In this document: positions 44,064 to 56,595 of the stretch, piece after piece
Numbering within the stretch: the stretch's first letter is position 1
Layout: every line of letters starts with the position of its first letter
Source: Chrysomallon squamiferum
Lineage: Eukaryota > Animalia > Mollusca
Reading direction: 5' to 3'
DNA: 64,000 nt
Assembly: GCA_012295275.1 (NCBI GenBank)
Contig: CM022672.1
Span: 31,558,001 to 31,622,000 of the forward strand
Made by a program: the position numbers and the translations under genes
Notes under the pieces: model-generated
Told to the model about the DNA's origin: nothing
Database searches by the model: none
Seen by the model: only the letters and a program-made list of their open reading frames with translations

Positions 44064-44229
44064 GTATAGAAGTATATGAGATATTTCAAAAACGACACCA
44101 ACATAAAACCCTTTTTATATAACCCAGCTAAATATTTTAATGGAACATTTAGATATTTTCAAAAACCTTTTTGTGTGTGGTCTTGTAAACAAATGTTAGT
44201 GTTAGTCTGAAAACACAGTTTTCTGATAC

Positions 44230-44317
<88 letters not shown>

Positions 44318-44868
44318 AAAATTGTATTGATAATAAAAGCAAATATATGTCAAGAGTTCATTTTGGAATAGCAGGAAAAATCTTTTGTATAGTAATGAAG
44401 CAACAAGGAAAAATCTGAAGTGTACAACCAATGATTTAGTTCTTACTTCTGTATCAAATAACCCAGTGGCTTTTCCAAGCAGGAAGGTGATTACAGATAT
44501 ATGTACACATATATAAACAAATGACAAAAGTTTCCAGCCATCCTAAACAGGTAACAGAAAATTACAATTAAAATGCTAATGAAGAAAATGTTCTTGACTT
44601 ACAAATTAGCCAGGTTGATATCGAGTTTCGTAGTAACTAAGGGACAAGGCAGTTAATCTCAACAAAGTTAAAAAAAAAAAAGAACTAGTTACTTCCTTGT
44701 CTATTGTTAAAAAAAAAAAATGAGTTAAAAGATATCTAAATTGTCACCTGTAACATTTAAAAATAAATAATGTAACAAAACAACCACTACATTAACACTA
44801 TTGTTACAAAACTCACAAATATATATATATATATATATATATAAAATTGTGTGTATGTGTGTCTGTGT

Positions 44869-44918
<50 letters not shown>

Positions 44919-44941
44919 ACACAGAGAGACAGAGAAAGAAA

Positions 44942-44981
<40 letters not shown>

Positions 44982-45029
44982 ACAAATGTCACATATGACT
45001 GAACTAGTTAAAAGACAGAAGTACACATG

Positions 45030-45290
45030 AGAAGACAGATATCAATAGATTATCAGATACCAGTGGACTAGAAGATATCAGTGGACATTGCCTCAGCACT
45101 GTAAATAGATGAAGGGACTGATTTAGAGAAAGAACAGCAGGATGATGGATGGATGGATGGATGATGAACCAGATGAGTACAAGAAAGAAATCATCTGGCA
45201 GATAACACACGAGACAGAAAAACGTGCTGGAAATGTCCACCCAACAGTGGAAGACTAGAGCTGCATGATGATGATAACATGATGATAATG
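45030..45290 (+). mobile_element. Possible decayed RTE-type LINE 3' ends with (GGAT)n and (GAT)n tails
   Basis: Two unique purine-rich segments, each ending in a short-repeat tail. ccaacagtgg...gctgcatgatgatgat resembles RTE termini from memory. Confidence 0.3.
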
Positions 45291-45453
45291 ATGATGATAT
45301 AATTACAATAATGATGATGAGATAATTATAATAATGATGATGATAACACACACACACACAGACATTATATACACGTACATAGGATTTTCAAAATATCAGA
45401 AGTGGTTTTGTATGTCAACACACACACACACAGGCACAGATACACACAAACAT

Positions 45454-45510
<57 letters not shown>

Positions 45511-46541
45511 CAGTATGTAACAAGGCTCTGGTATTAGATATGTCATGAGATGTCACCACAGTCAACAACTGAATCAATTCTAGTATTTAAATATTTAAAG
45601 TTTGCCACTTGGTAATATAACAAGAAATAGTCTACATCTAACATTCTTCACTGATATTTTGTTGGTTTTCTTTGGATTTCCTTTCTTTCTTCTTTCTTTT
45701 TTTTTTTTTTTTTTTTTTTTTTCTAATCTTAATAAGTTAATAACAAAGTATAACAACGCATGCACATTTTACTGAATTCTGACGTCAGAACATAGATAGT
45801 ATTACAAAGTTGTTTATGGCATTGTTAAACAAAAACAAAGTTTTCAGTCTGTTTTGATGTTCAGACTGGGGGGAGTGGTCAAGAGTATTATTTTCAGTCG
45901 TACATTGTTATTACAGATTGTTCAAAAGAAATAATAACTTTGAAGTCCAATACATTTTATTAGATAATTAATTTGTACACAGGTAAATATTAAGAAGTTT
46001 CATATTCCTCAGTAATGAATAGCATGCAAATTTACAAAACTATAAACACAAAACTAGAACAATACTGACAATTATGATGTAAAGGTTAAAAACAAATAAA
46101 GTTATAAACAAATAATACATCCAGTTACACGATACTATATAAATTCACTACTCAGTAGTATAAAATAAATTCCAGTGTTGGTATTATTATAAAGGTTGCA
46201 ACCTGATTATTACTGGGTTTTTCTTAAAATGACTGAATGTCATAAATCATTTAAAAATACTTTAACCGACTTATAAATAATGTATCTTCATGCATTTAGA
46301 CATTATAATTATTCTTTAAGTTTAACAATATCTGAGTATATCATTTTATATCAGTAAATCATAATGGACTCTATAAATGTCATAGATTAGAATCTAACCT
46401 GCCACTAGCCTGTGAAAATACTATGAACATGATGATTATATGGTACCAATCACTGAATCACCATTACCAGGCGTTCTCAGGTTTTAGTCACAAATATGAA
46501 GTAACATAATTGATAATACGATTAAACAAGCACATTCCTAC

Positions 46542-46569
46542 CTGGTTTTTCTGCTTTGCCGGCGGACAT
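46542..46569 (-). CDS. RAPGEF1: C3G coding exon 1 (MSAGKAEKP+G, phase 1)
   Basis: ATG TCC GCC GGC AAA GCA GAA AAA CCA G|gtagga at the edge of a CpG-rich patch. Phase 1 fits exon 2. Resembles the vertebrate MSGKIEKAD N-terminus as recalled. Confidence 0.8.
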
Positions 46570-47155
46570 CGTGAAATCACTTAACTCTGTTTGTCATAAA
46601 TCTATGATTAATAGGCTTTTGTGACGAAGAAATCAAATATAAATTTGTAAACCTAATACTAATTTTCTCCAGTCATGCGGAAGCAATCGCCTAAAACATT
46701 CGACTGGTAGTAGCCCTCCGTTGTAAACACGGAAGGTAGAGTTTTCGGATGTCTCGTTCGGAACACTTCGTCTGGTTTCGGAAATGGCAAAATGTGTTCT
46801 GTTGAAATCCTACAAGTATTGTCACAATTGTTTGGGAATTTTTTTATTTTTATTGTTGTTGTTATTTTTTTCCTCTTTTTTTTTTACTATAACTGCTGAG
46901 TTATTTATTGTTCATTAGTCTAAAATATGCTTCCTATTAATTATCCGGTTTTATTTCTTTCACATTTTTTGTTGACATACCTTATTATCAACGGTCATTA
47001 ATTAACAAACATATTATAATTAAAACTAATTAAAAAATAACAAACAAAAAATTATCTCTTGACTTCAACTTCTAATAATTATTTATTGATTTTTCTTCTT
47101 CTTCTTTGTTTGTTTGTTTGTTTCATTCTTTCTTTCTTTCTTAATTAATTAATTA

Positions 47156-47195
<40 letters not shown>

Positions 47196-47290
47196 GTTGT
47201 TGTTATTTGTAACTTCTAATGAATTTATTTCGCAATTTTTAACAGACGATGAATTGGCGTTGATAGTTTACAGTAATAATTTATATTTAG

Positions 47291-47330
<40 letters not shown>

Positions 47331-47430
47331 TTATAACTTTCACATATCAGTGAATAATAACAAGCAATAATTATTACAAATTACAATAATAAGATGAAGA
47401 AGGAAAAAAAAGAAGACAAAGAGGAAGAAG

Positions 47431-47464
<34 letters not shown>

Positions 47465-47771
47465 GTCCAATCGCTTTAAAAAAAATAATAAAAAAAAATA
47501 ATCATAATAAATAATACATGCAAACACAAAAACATGCACAAAAACACACTATTTGTATAATGCAAAAATTATTTTTAAGATATAGTTTTTATTTCAAATG
47601 ATGTATTGTTCATGTCTTCTATACAATCACTTCTAAAAAGTGCAACAAACATCGTTTGAGAAACCATTTGATGCTAACATCTCGAGTATTCACGTTGCAA
47701 ACGAGAATATAGACTGTTCATGCAAATAATCTTTCGCGAAACTGTCAATATAATAATAATAATAATTCAAA
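46550..47771. promoter_or_regulatory. Divergent (putatively bidirectional) promoter region
   Basis: Lies between two outward-facing ATGs. CpG-rich patch 46550-46790 has CGGAA(G) ETS-like motifs (46678, 46730, 46779). ATGCAAAT at 47720 and palindrome TTTCGCGAAA at 47732. Confidence 0.7.
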
Positions 47772-47799
47772 ATGGCGCTGAAGACGTTCGTTGCAGAAA
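47772..47799 (+). CDS. STXBP1: Munc18 exon 1 (MALKTFVAE+A)
   Basis: caaaATGG context, A|gtgagt donor, phase 1. Confidence 0.9.
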
Positions 47800-48549
47800 G
47801 TGAGTGTAATTTAGATTAACTTTGATTGATTTTTACTGTATCTTTGACATTTGTGTTTTATATTAACTGCTAAAATTCTGAATAATATATTGTAATATCA
47901 AACAAAATGAAGGAAAATGAGGCACTTATATTTATTTACTGAGCACAACGCGACTCGCCCCCTTACGTATTTTTCAGGTTTTTTTTTGCATGTGTCACTA
48001 GACGACAGAGCAACTAGTGTTGTAGTGGACAGTGTTGGCCCAGATGAATTTTGTGTTGTTAAAGTACAAACAAAACTATGTAAAATAATAATAAATAGAT
48101 ATGTGATAATTAATTAGAATTAAAATAAAGTAATAATTATCCATGTTAAAAATAGAAATTGTTTTACAAATAAACCAGCGAAAGCGATTAAAGAAGAAAA
48201 TTATATATATATATAATAGTAGTATAAACAGTAATCATAAACTGGTATTCCATTCCATGCTAAGAACTGTTTAATGCTGTTATAGGATACAAAAGTAATG
48301 AAAATTACTTTAATCAAATAATTTTCAAACACCCTTTTCTAATATATGTACATTTCAGAGAATAATTGCTGAATCATATATTTTATAGATGTCAACCTTG
48401 GCTATAAGCTTGTAATGTGAGATCTGAATTGTTACAGTTAGTAAAATAAAAGTAAAAAAACAACCTAATATTAATCCATACTAAGGAGATATTTGATCAC
48501 AGCCTTAACCAGCTACTAAAGCTGAATAAACACTTTTTGGATTTTGTCA

Positions 48550-48602
<53 letters not shown>

Positions 48603-49411
48603 CATGATGATGATAATGATCAGTCAGTCAGTAATAATTATGGCATCATCTATAACATAGCCAGAGAAACTATTGTGATACTGGAGCTGCAAACTATTAA
48701 GGGTCAGATTCACTGGGTGCAGGAGCATGTTTTGATACTGGGAAAACAATTTTAATGACTTCTTCTGGACATAATAAATAATATCTGACAGTGATAAAAT
48801 GTGTTGCTGTTAAACGTATTTAAATGAGTTCAGTGTGAACGGAATGAAATTTATTTATCAGTGACTGTTTAGCATATTATGTAAATCTATATACAGATCA
48901 AAATTTTTATATGGACCCTAACCTATTTTCTGATACAAATCAAATTTTGTGAAGTGATAAAAATAATTAAACCAACTTGGACACAGAGCTCCATTGGTCT
49001 CGCTTTCCTCCTTTGATGCTGTGTTTCATGTGCTTCCAAATAATTTTGTCAAGACACCAGTATTTCAAGAAGTAATAACTAATACACTAACAGATTAGCC
49101 TAGATTTTCATGTAAATTTCAAAAAATTTAAAATATTAAATATGTATTATGTTTTTACTTACAAGCAGACTTTGGACAATTCTTGAACAATATTTAGGAT
49201 TATTTGTCTCCCCTTCTTCACGTTTTCCAGACTGCCAATGGCTTGTTGATGTTTAAAATTCAGCAGAAATTAAAAAAGTTTAATATTAAAAAAAAAAAAA
49301 AAAAATTAGGTATTAAATTATAAATATACAATTCATGAATCCACTACTGCTTTGATATATGGAACATTATGGATTTTTTTTTAATTTAAAATTTTTTATT
49401 TTTATTTACAG

Positions 49412-49546
49412 AAATAAAGAACGATGTCATTTTGCAGCTTAAGAAAAATGAAAGTGACTGGCGGGTTCTCATCGTTGACCACAGCAGCATGCGGATGTTG
49501 TCCGCATGTTGTAAGATGCATGAAATCATGTCCGAGGGAATAACAT
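49412..49546 (+). CDS. STXBP1: Munc18 exon 2 ([12 protein letters not shown]...[29 protein letters not shown])
   Basis: 135 nt, phase 1 to 1. Confidence 0.95.
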
Positions 49547-49649
49547 GTAAATCTTTTATTTCTTACTGAAAATATTTATTTTTTATTATTTAATTTTTTT
49601 TTATTTTTATTTTTTTATGTTATTTGTATTGTTATTTTTGTTTAACCAA

Positions 49650-50085
49650 AATTAAAAAAGAATATAATTAGTAGTATAGATTATAAAAAATAAAAATGAA
49701 TATTATTAGTAGTGTAGATTATAAAAAAATAAAAATAAAAAGAATATTATTAGTAGTGTAGATTATAAAAATAAAATCAAAAAGGATATTATTAGTACTG
49801 TTGATTACAAAAAATAAAATTAAAAAGAATATTATTAGTAGTGTAGATTACAAAAAATAAAATTAGAATGAATATTAATACTAATATAGATCACAAAAAA
49901 ATTAAATTAAAAAGAATATTAGTAGTGTAGATTACAAAAAAATAAAAATGTTAATAGTGTATATTACAACAAAAAATAAAAATATTATTAGTGATGTGTA
50001 TTAAAAAGATAAATAAAAACATTACTAGTACTGAATATTACAAAAACAATAACACAAATATTATTAGTAGTTGTATATTACAAAG
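49650..50085. repeat. ~38-bp AT-rich minisatellite
   Basis: aagaatattattagtagtgtagattacaaaaaataaaat, about 10 copies. Confidence 0.85.
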
Positions 50086-50402
50086 ATTGTGTTATGATAG
50101 TAGTTAGGCATTTTACTGAGGTCAAGAAAAGATTGATTATATTTTTCCTATCTGGTCTGAATAAGGATATTGTTTTTACTTTTATTATCATTATTTGTTT
50201 TTTAAATTTGTTTTGTAAACAGTATAAAATATTAGTTAAACATTTACAAAAAAAACAAAAAATCTTTAATAGATGATCTTTGTTGTTACTGGTAATGCAA
50301 AATAACAGGTTTATCTTTTGTCAAGATAAAGTGATTAACAGCTATTAAAATAAAGAAATTATATTTATTTATCTTTATTATTATTATGTTGTTTTTTTTC
50401 AG

Positions 50403-50476
50403 TGGTTGAAGATATTTCTAAGCGTAGAGAACCTCTGCCCCTGGAAGCTGTGTATTTGATCACACCCACAGAAAAA
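50403..50476 (+). CDS. STXBP1: Munc18 exon 3 ([25 protein letters not shown])
   Basis: 74 nt, phase 1 to 0. Confidence 0.95.
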
Positions 50477-50905
50477 GTAATTTTCACCTTTACATCAAAA
50501 AAAAGAGTATTATTAACAGACAGTTTGTTAATGATAACTGAAGCTGAATTTTTTTTTTTTTATCTCCCATATTGGTCACAGGTATAATTGTTTTTGTTGC
50601 CTATACAGTTTTGAATTGAAAATAACTTTACACAAGTTTAAGGGAGTGTTTACATAGGCAGTTTGTATATCATTTACAGTGAAAATTAATTTCAGAATGT
50701 TATATAATGACCTCAGAGTCGGAGGCATCCATTTGCACATCAGTTAAAGCAAAAGTTCATTTCAGAATTCTAACTTAATGATTTTAAGTGAAAATAGGTG
50801 AAGTCATAAAGTCAGTTAAAATACATTTATACTGAAATGGGAAGTGCTGTATAACATGTATTTGTAAGAAATTTTTTTCTATTTTAAAATATTTCTTGTT
50901 TTCAG

Positions 50906-50984
50906 TCAATTCGAGGACTTATTCAAGATTTCTATAATCCAAGTAACCCATTGTATCGATGTGCTCATGTTTTCTTCACTGAGG
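50906..50984 (+). CDS. STXBP1: Munc18 exon 4 ([26 protein letters not shown])
   Basis: 79 nt, phase 0 to 1, G|gtaagt donor. Confidence 0.95.
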
Positions 50985-51777
50985 GTAAGTGTCTGTTTGA
51001 AATAAGATAATACTAATAGTAATAGTAACAATAATAATGAATAAATAATAATAATGATGAATGAATGAAAAAAATAATAATGAATTAGTAAATAATAAGA
51101 AATGAATAAATAATAATAGTAATAATGACTGAACAAAATAATAATGAATTAGTAAAAAAAATGAATAATAATAGCAACAATAATAATGAATGTATGAGAA
51201 AAATAATGAATTAATAAACAATAAGGAATGAATAGGTAACAAATAAAAACGAATAAATTAATAATAGTTTTAGTGAATATATAGGAGCCATTTCATTATT
51301 GCCTGACCTGCAGACAAATAATGTTGTCAATACTGAAATCAAATAAAAATTAATATTAATAAATAACACCAGATGACTCATGATATTTTTACATATATAT
51401 ATATATATCAGTATATAAAATTAACATTGTATTTAGAAAATTGTTCTTGTTTTTCAACTTTAGTCTTCATTGCCATGTTTTTAAATTTTAGCTTGTTTAG
51501 ATATATAGAAAGTTAGTTCAATGAAATCTCACAATCTTTAATAACAATAAAGTAAAGTTCAGTGGATAAGTTGACCACTTAATATATTGTCTGGATGGAG
51601 TTGTCAGTTGTTGTCCAAACTTGTTGACCACTATGAAGTAGCAGGTTGAAAAAAATGTAACAGTTGCTTTTCTTTTTTAATTATCATCATAAAGAAGTAT
51701 TATTCTTATTATTATTAAAATAAGATAGTTTATTTATATATATATATACAGAGTTTATGTAATTAATCTCGTTTCAG

Positions 51778-51881
51778 CATGTCCTGATGAACTGTTTAAT
51801 GAACTTTGTAAGTCAAGTTGTGGAAAGTTCATCAAGACACTTAAGGAAATCAACATTGCATTTCTCCCTTACGAGTCACAG
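51778..51881 (+). CDS. STXBP1: Munc18 exon 5 ([13 protein letters not shown]...[16 protein letters not shown])
   Basis: 104 nt, phase 1 to 0. Confidence 0.96.
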
Positions 51882-52614
51882 GTACGATTTTGTTCATATT
51901 AATCAACATTTTTCCCTTACGAATCACAGGTATCATTTTGTTCGTATTAATCAAACAGAGGTATGATCACATTAACCTGCAGAAAGGGAATATAAAATAG
52001 TTTGAAATGATTTCAGTAACAGATTATCACTACAAACTATCAGTGTATTAATAAACCTCTGCCTTATTTACTGTGAATGAACAGAAGTAGTGAAATTAGT
52101 TAATTTTCTCCAAAAGTAAAAGCTGAAAGATCATTTACCAATCAGCAAGAGTGTAGCAGAAGAGCATTTTGTATCATAAATAACATGACTGATAAATAGA
52201 TAATTGTTAATAATATCATCTTTTTTTAAAATTTAATTTAATTATTATTATTTTTTTGTTATTCAATAAGCTAACATGTAACCTCGAATCTGTTGTTGTG
52301 TATCTTATAAATGTTTTCGAATCTGGTGTATCTTACCATGTTTTCACTGGTACATATAACATATAACATAGATGAAATAATTCATCTTATTATATGATAC
52401 TAACTCAGTAATGAAAAGTTATTCTTTTTATATGATATTATCTTATTTATCTCAGTAATGAAAAGTTATTTTTACTTTATTTTTTATGTCATTTAGAATT
52501 AATAATTTTTAATTAAAATTTAACTGAATGGACTGTACACAAATCTACATGATGTGAAGATTTAATTGTTTGCTATTTTAATTTATTTTATTTTAATTTT
52601 TGGGTGTTTTGCAG

Positions 52615-52763
52615 GTGTTTTCGCTAGATTCGCCCGAGACATTTCAGTTCTACTACAACCCACAGAAAGCAAGCGGACGAACCATCAACCTCGAGAGATG
52701 TGCTGAACAAATAGCTACACTCTGTTCTCTACTGGGAGAGTACCCGTTTGTACGATACAGAAG
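52615..52763 (+). CDS. STXBP1: Munc18 exon 6 ([16 protein letters not shown]...[23 protein letters not shown])
   Basis: 149 nt, phase 0 to 2, AG|gtaaac donor. Confidence 0.96.
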
Positions 52764-53445
52764 GTAAACAGTACCCGTTTGTACAATACAGAAGGTAAAT
52801 AGTACCCGTTTGAACGATATAGAGAAGGAAAACAGTACCCGTTTGTACGATACAGAAGGTAAATAGTACCTGTTTGTACAATACAGAATGTAAACAGTAC
52901 CCGTTTGAACAATACAGAACATAAACAACAACCGTTTTTGTATAAAACAGAAGGAAAATATGGTAATCATTTGTACAATACAGAAGGTAAACAGTTATAT
53001 TGTTTGTATCATAACAGAATGTAAACATTAATACATGTTTGTACTATACAGAAGGTAAACAAGATAATACCATTTGTACTATACAGAAGGTAAACAAGAT
53101 AATATAATATCCATTAAATATTACCTGTTTTGATATTCACAGAATGTAAACAACAGTACAGAACAGAAACAGAAAGTAAACATTTACCTGTGTTTATAGA
53201 ATACAGAAGGTTGATCCCATTTGTACTATACAGAAGGTAAACAATACCTGTTTGACAATACAGAAGGTAAACAAGGAACCCATTAGTATAAAAACAGAAG
53301 GTAAACAAATAGAACCCCATTTGTATGATACAGAAAGTAAACAATACCTGTTTGTACAATACAGAAGGTAAATAAATACCCATTTGTACTATACAGAATT
53401 AAACAGTTTTGTTTTAATATTCAGATAAACAGAAGGTAAAACAAG
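52740..53445. repeat. 31-bp tandem repeat of the Munc18 exon 6 donor junction, about 20 copies
   Basis: gtacccgtttgtacgatacagaag|gtaaaca, repeated with increasing decay. Confidence 0.92.
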
Positions 53446-54146
53446 ATGTATTTATTTGTTTCTTTTTTAAACTTTATTTAATTTGTTTAAAAGGAGAATG
53501 GAATTCATTTATGTGTTAGTTTATTTAAACAAGATAATTTTCATTTGTATTGGTAAACAAGATAATATCCATTAATATCATTTTAATATTCATGTGTATG
53601 GTACAGAACAGAAACAAGTCAATGGCTGATTGTACAGTATAAAAGGTGTACAAGTTTATTTTACTTGTGTTTATAGAGGTAACCAGGTTGATCACATTTG
53701 TACAGTTGATATACCCTTTGTAGAGTTGATATTTGTACAGAAGGTAAACAATTGAATATCTGTCTGTATAAAACAAGGTAAGCAAATAAAACCCCATTTG
53801 TTAGGTTTGTTTGATGTCCTTTCTCTGCAATTGTGAGGTAATTGTCAGTTTGTTTATACAGAAGATAAATAAATACTCGTTTAACATGTGTCTATTAATT
53901 GTCAGTTTTGTTTTAATATTCAGATAAATATGCTAAACATGTGTACACTCTGTGTATTTGTTTCTTTCTTTTTTTTTTTTTATTTATTTGTTTATTTATT
54001 TGTTTGTTTATGTATTTGTTTATATGTTTGTTTATTTGTTTATTCATTTTATTTATTTGTTTGTTTATTTATTTATTTATTTATTTGTATTTATTTATTT
54101 GTTTGTTTGTTTTGTTTATTTATTTATTAATTTATTTGTTTAACAG

Positions 54147-54240
54147 TGTTTGTCTACTCTGAGTTTTCATGAGATGGTTCAGTAAAGAAGTTGGATGTGT
54201 CCTCTCTGTCAGTTTGTTTGATGTCCCAGTACACCACTGG
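54147..54240 (+). CDS. STXBP1: Munc18 exon 7, scrambled in this sequence (remnants SEF..MVQ.KLD..PS); 3' end approximate
   Basis: A phase 2-to-0 exon of about 85 nt (consensus like FAQLVQQKLDAYKADDP) is required. Only fragments (tctgagttt, atggttcag, aagttggatg, cccagt) follow a taacag acceptor. Confidence 0.55.
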
Positions 54241-54731
54241 GTCCACTCTGTCAGTTTGTTTGATGCCCTCAGTAAACTCTACTAACGTGTCCTCCATGTC
54301 AGTTTACATCTGTACATTCGTCTGTCACGTTTCTGAGTTTGTCTCATTGATAGATAAAAAACTGAAAGTTTCCACTGCTCTTGAAAGATATTCAGAAACA
54401 AACAGAGCAGCACATAAAGAGATTAAGAATACTATTTTAGCTAAATGGGATATGTATGTGTGTGTGTCTATCTATCTATCTATCTATTCATATATATATG
54501 AAATGTATGTATATATTTATGTATATACAGGCTGGCAATAAAGTCACTGTACAGTTACTTACAATTAAAAAGCAAAGCAGAATCAGAACAGTATTGGTAA
54601 TTAATTTACTATTTTTGTTTATCATAGTATTTTGTTGTTATTAACCAGAATTAAACAGAACCATTTTAATAATAAATTTCTGGACTGTAGATTAATTGCT
54701 TTGTCTTAATTGTTATTGTAAGTAACTGTAT

Positions 54732-54782
<51 letters not shown>

Positions 54783-54809
54783 TTGTGTGTGTGTGTGTAT
54801 GTATGTGTG

Positions 54810-54840
<31 letters not shown>

Positions 54841-55033
54841 ATATATGTATGTGTAGATGTTTATTTATATATATGTATGTATGTGTGTGTATATATATAT
54901 GTATGTATGTATGTATATGTTTATGTATTTATATATGTATATGTTTTGTGCATATATTATATATATGAATGTATGTTTATATGTATGTGTAGATGTTTGT
55001 TTGTACATGTTTACGTATGTTTACATATTGCAG

Positions 55034-55164
55034 GGTGTAAACAAGGACAGGTCAGTGTTGCTGATACTTGACCGAGGCTTTGACCCAATTGCTCCTCTCC
55101 TCCATGAGCTGACATTCCAGGCAATGGCGTACGACCTTTTGCCAATAGAAAATGATGTTTACAA
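55034..55164 (+). CDS. STXBP1: Munc18 exon 8 ([43 protein letters not shown])
   Basis: 131 nt, phase 0 to 2. Confidence 0.97.
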
Positions 55165-55387
55165 GTGAGCTGTGTACCCATTTACTGGTTCTTTATTTGG
55201 TTTAGCCGTTTTTAGTGTTGTTAAATGATTGACAAAGATGAAGAATTATGGTGTTGTTAGTAACTGTTTACCATGTATTAGCAGCTTGTTTCAAAATTAA
55301 GATATTTCTTTTTCGGTGCATTGATAAAAATTGCCAGTCATGATTAGATTGTTGATGTGTGCATGGTATTTTAGTGAGTGAGTGAGT

Positions 55388-55446
<59 letters not shown>

Positions 55447-55633
55447 GTAGTTAGCTAGGTAGGTTCATACATACATGCAGGAGACAATTGGTAAGTATCA
55501 AACATGTCTATATCTCTCTATCTATCTATCTATCTATCTATATATATACAGATAGATAGATAGATACAGACATATGATACAAAAGATAAGTAATAAAAGC
55601 ACAGGTAATACAAAATTTTTATTTGTGTGACAG

Positions 55634-55741
55634 GTATGAAAATACAAGTGGCAGTGACGTCACAGAGAAGGAGGTGTTGTTGGATGAAAATGATGATTTG
55701 TGGGTGGAGTTGCGACATCAGCACATCGCCGTTGTGTCTCA
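55634..55741 (+). CDS. STXBP1: Munc18 exon 9 ([35 protein letters not shown])
   Basis: 108 nt, phase 2 to 2. Confidence 0.96.
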
Positions 55742-56163
55742 GTGAGTGGTAGCTGTTATTACGTTTTTACAGTAATTTGATACTGGGGCCAAATTATCTA
55801 AGTCGTTATTGTTCAAATGTTTTATTTCATTCTCAACATCTGGGGATATATAATACAGTAAATTTACATTTTTTGCATTCTTTTTAATCATTTTTTCTTT
55901 TTTCTTTAAATCATAAAGAGTAAAAACAGTTGAGAATGAAAACAGAAAAACAAATATCTTTAATAAATTTGACATTATGTCAGTTACAAGACTTTATTAT
56001 CAGTAAAGATTTGTCATCTTAATTAATTGCTGACATTATAGTTAGAATGCTTGCTAGCAATATCCAGTGTTATTATTGTTTTAGTAAGATGTGGATATCA
56101 TTGAGTTTGTAACAGTATAATGGAGTTAGATCCAGTTGGTTTAAATGTTCGCTGTTTTATCAG

Positions 56164-56374
56164 GCAAGTGACGAAGAAGTTAAAACAGTTTGCTGATGAG
56201 AAGCGAATCTTCACGTCCTCCGAGCGGACGAACATGCGAGATCTGTCACAGATGCTGAAGAAGATGCCGCAGTACCAGAAGGAGCTGAGCAAGTACGCCA
56301 CGCACCTGCACCTCGCTGAGGACTGCATGCGCCAGTACCAGAAACACGTCGACAAACTGTGCAAAGTGGAACAG
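56164..56374 (+). CDS. STXBP1: Munc18 exon 10 (QVTKKLKQF...[13 protein letters not shown]...DKLCKVEQ), ends at a GC donor
   Basis: 211 nt, phase 2 to 0, CAG|gcaagt. Confidence 0.95.
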
Positions 56375-56434
56375 GCAAGTTTTTTCTACACTCTCATGAC
56401 TCTGTCGCTCTTCTTTTTTGTCTGGTTTTCTCTG

Positions 56435-56465
<31 letters not shown>

Positions 56466-56595
56466 GTCTCTCTATCAGTCTCTCTGTCTCTCTATCAGTC
56501 TCTCTGTCTCTGTCTGTTTCTCTGTTTCTCTATCTCTCTGTCTCTGTCTCTGTCTCTCTCTCCCCCTCTCCCTCTCCCTCCCTCATTGTCTATCT

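Noticed and set aside
44598-44645. Minus-strand 34-nt exon-like segment (cccttag...gtaagt) in C3G intron 1
   Set aside because: It enters in phase 1 and leaves in phase 2, so it is incompatible with exon 2, and there is no other support.
46542-47799. Both first coding exons are 28 nt long
   Set aside because: There is no sequence similarity between them, so this is coincidence.
54522-54560. Tc1-like terminal inverted repeat start (TACAGGCTGGC...)
   Set aside because: No partner inverted repeat was found.
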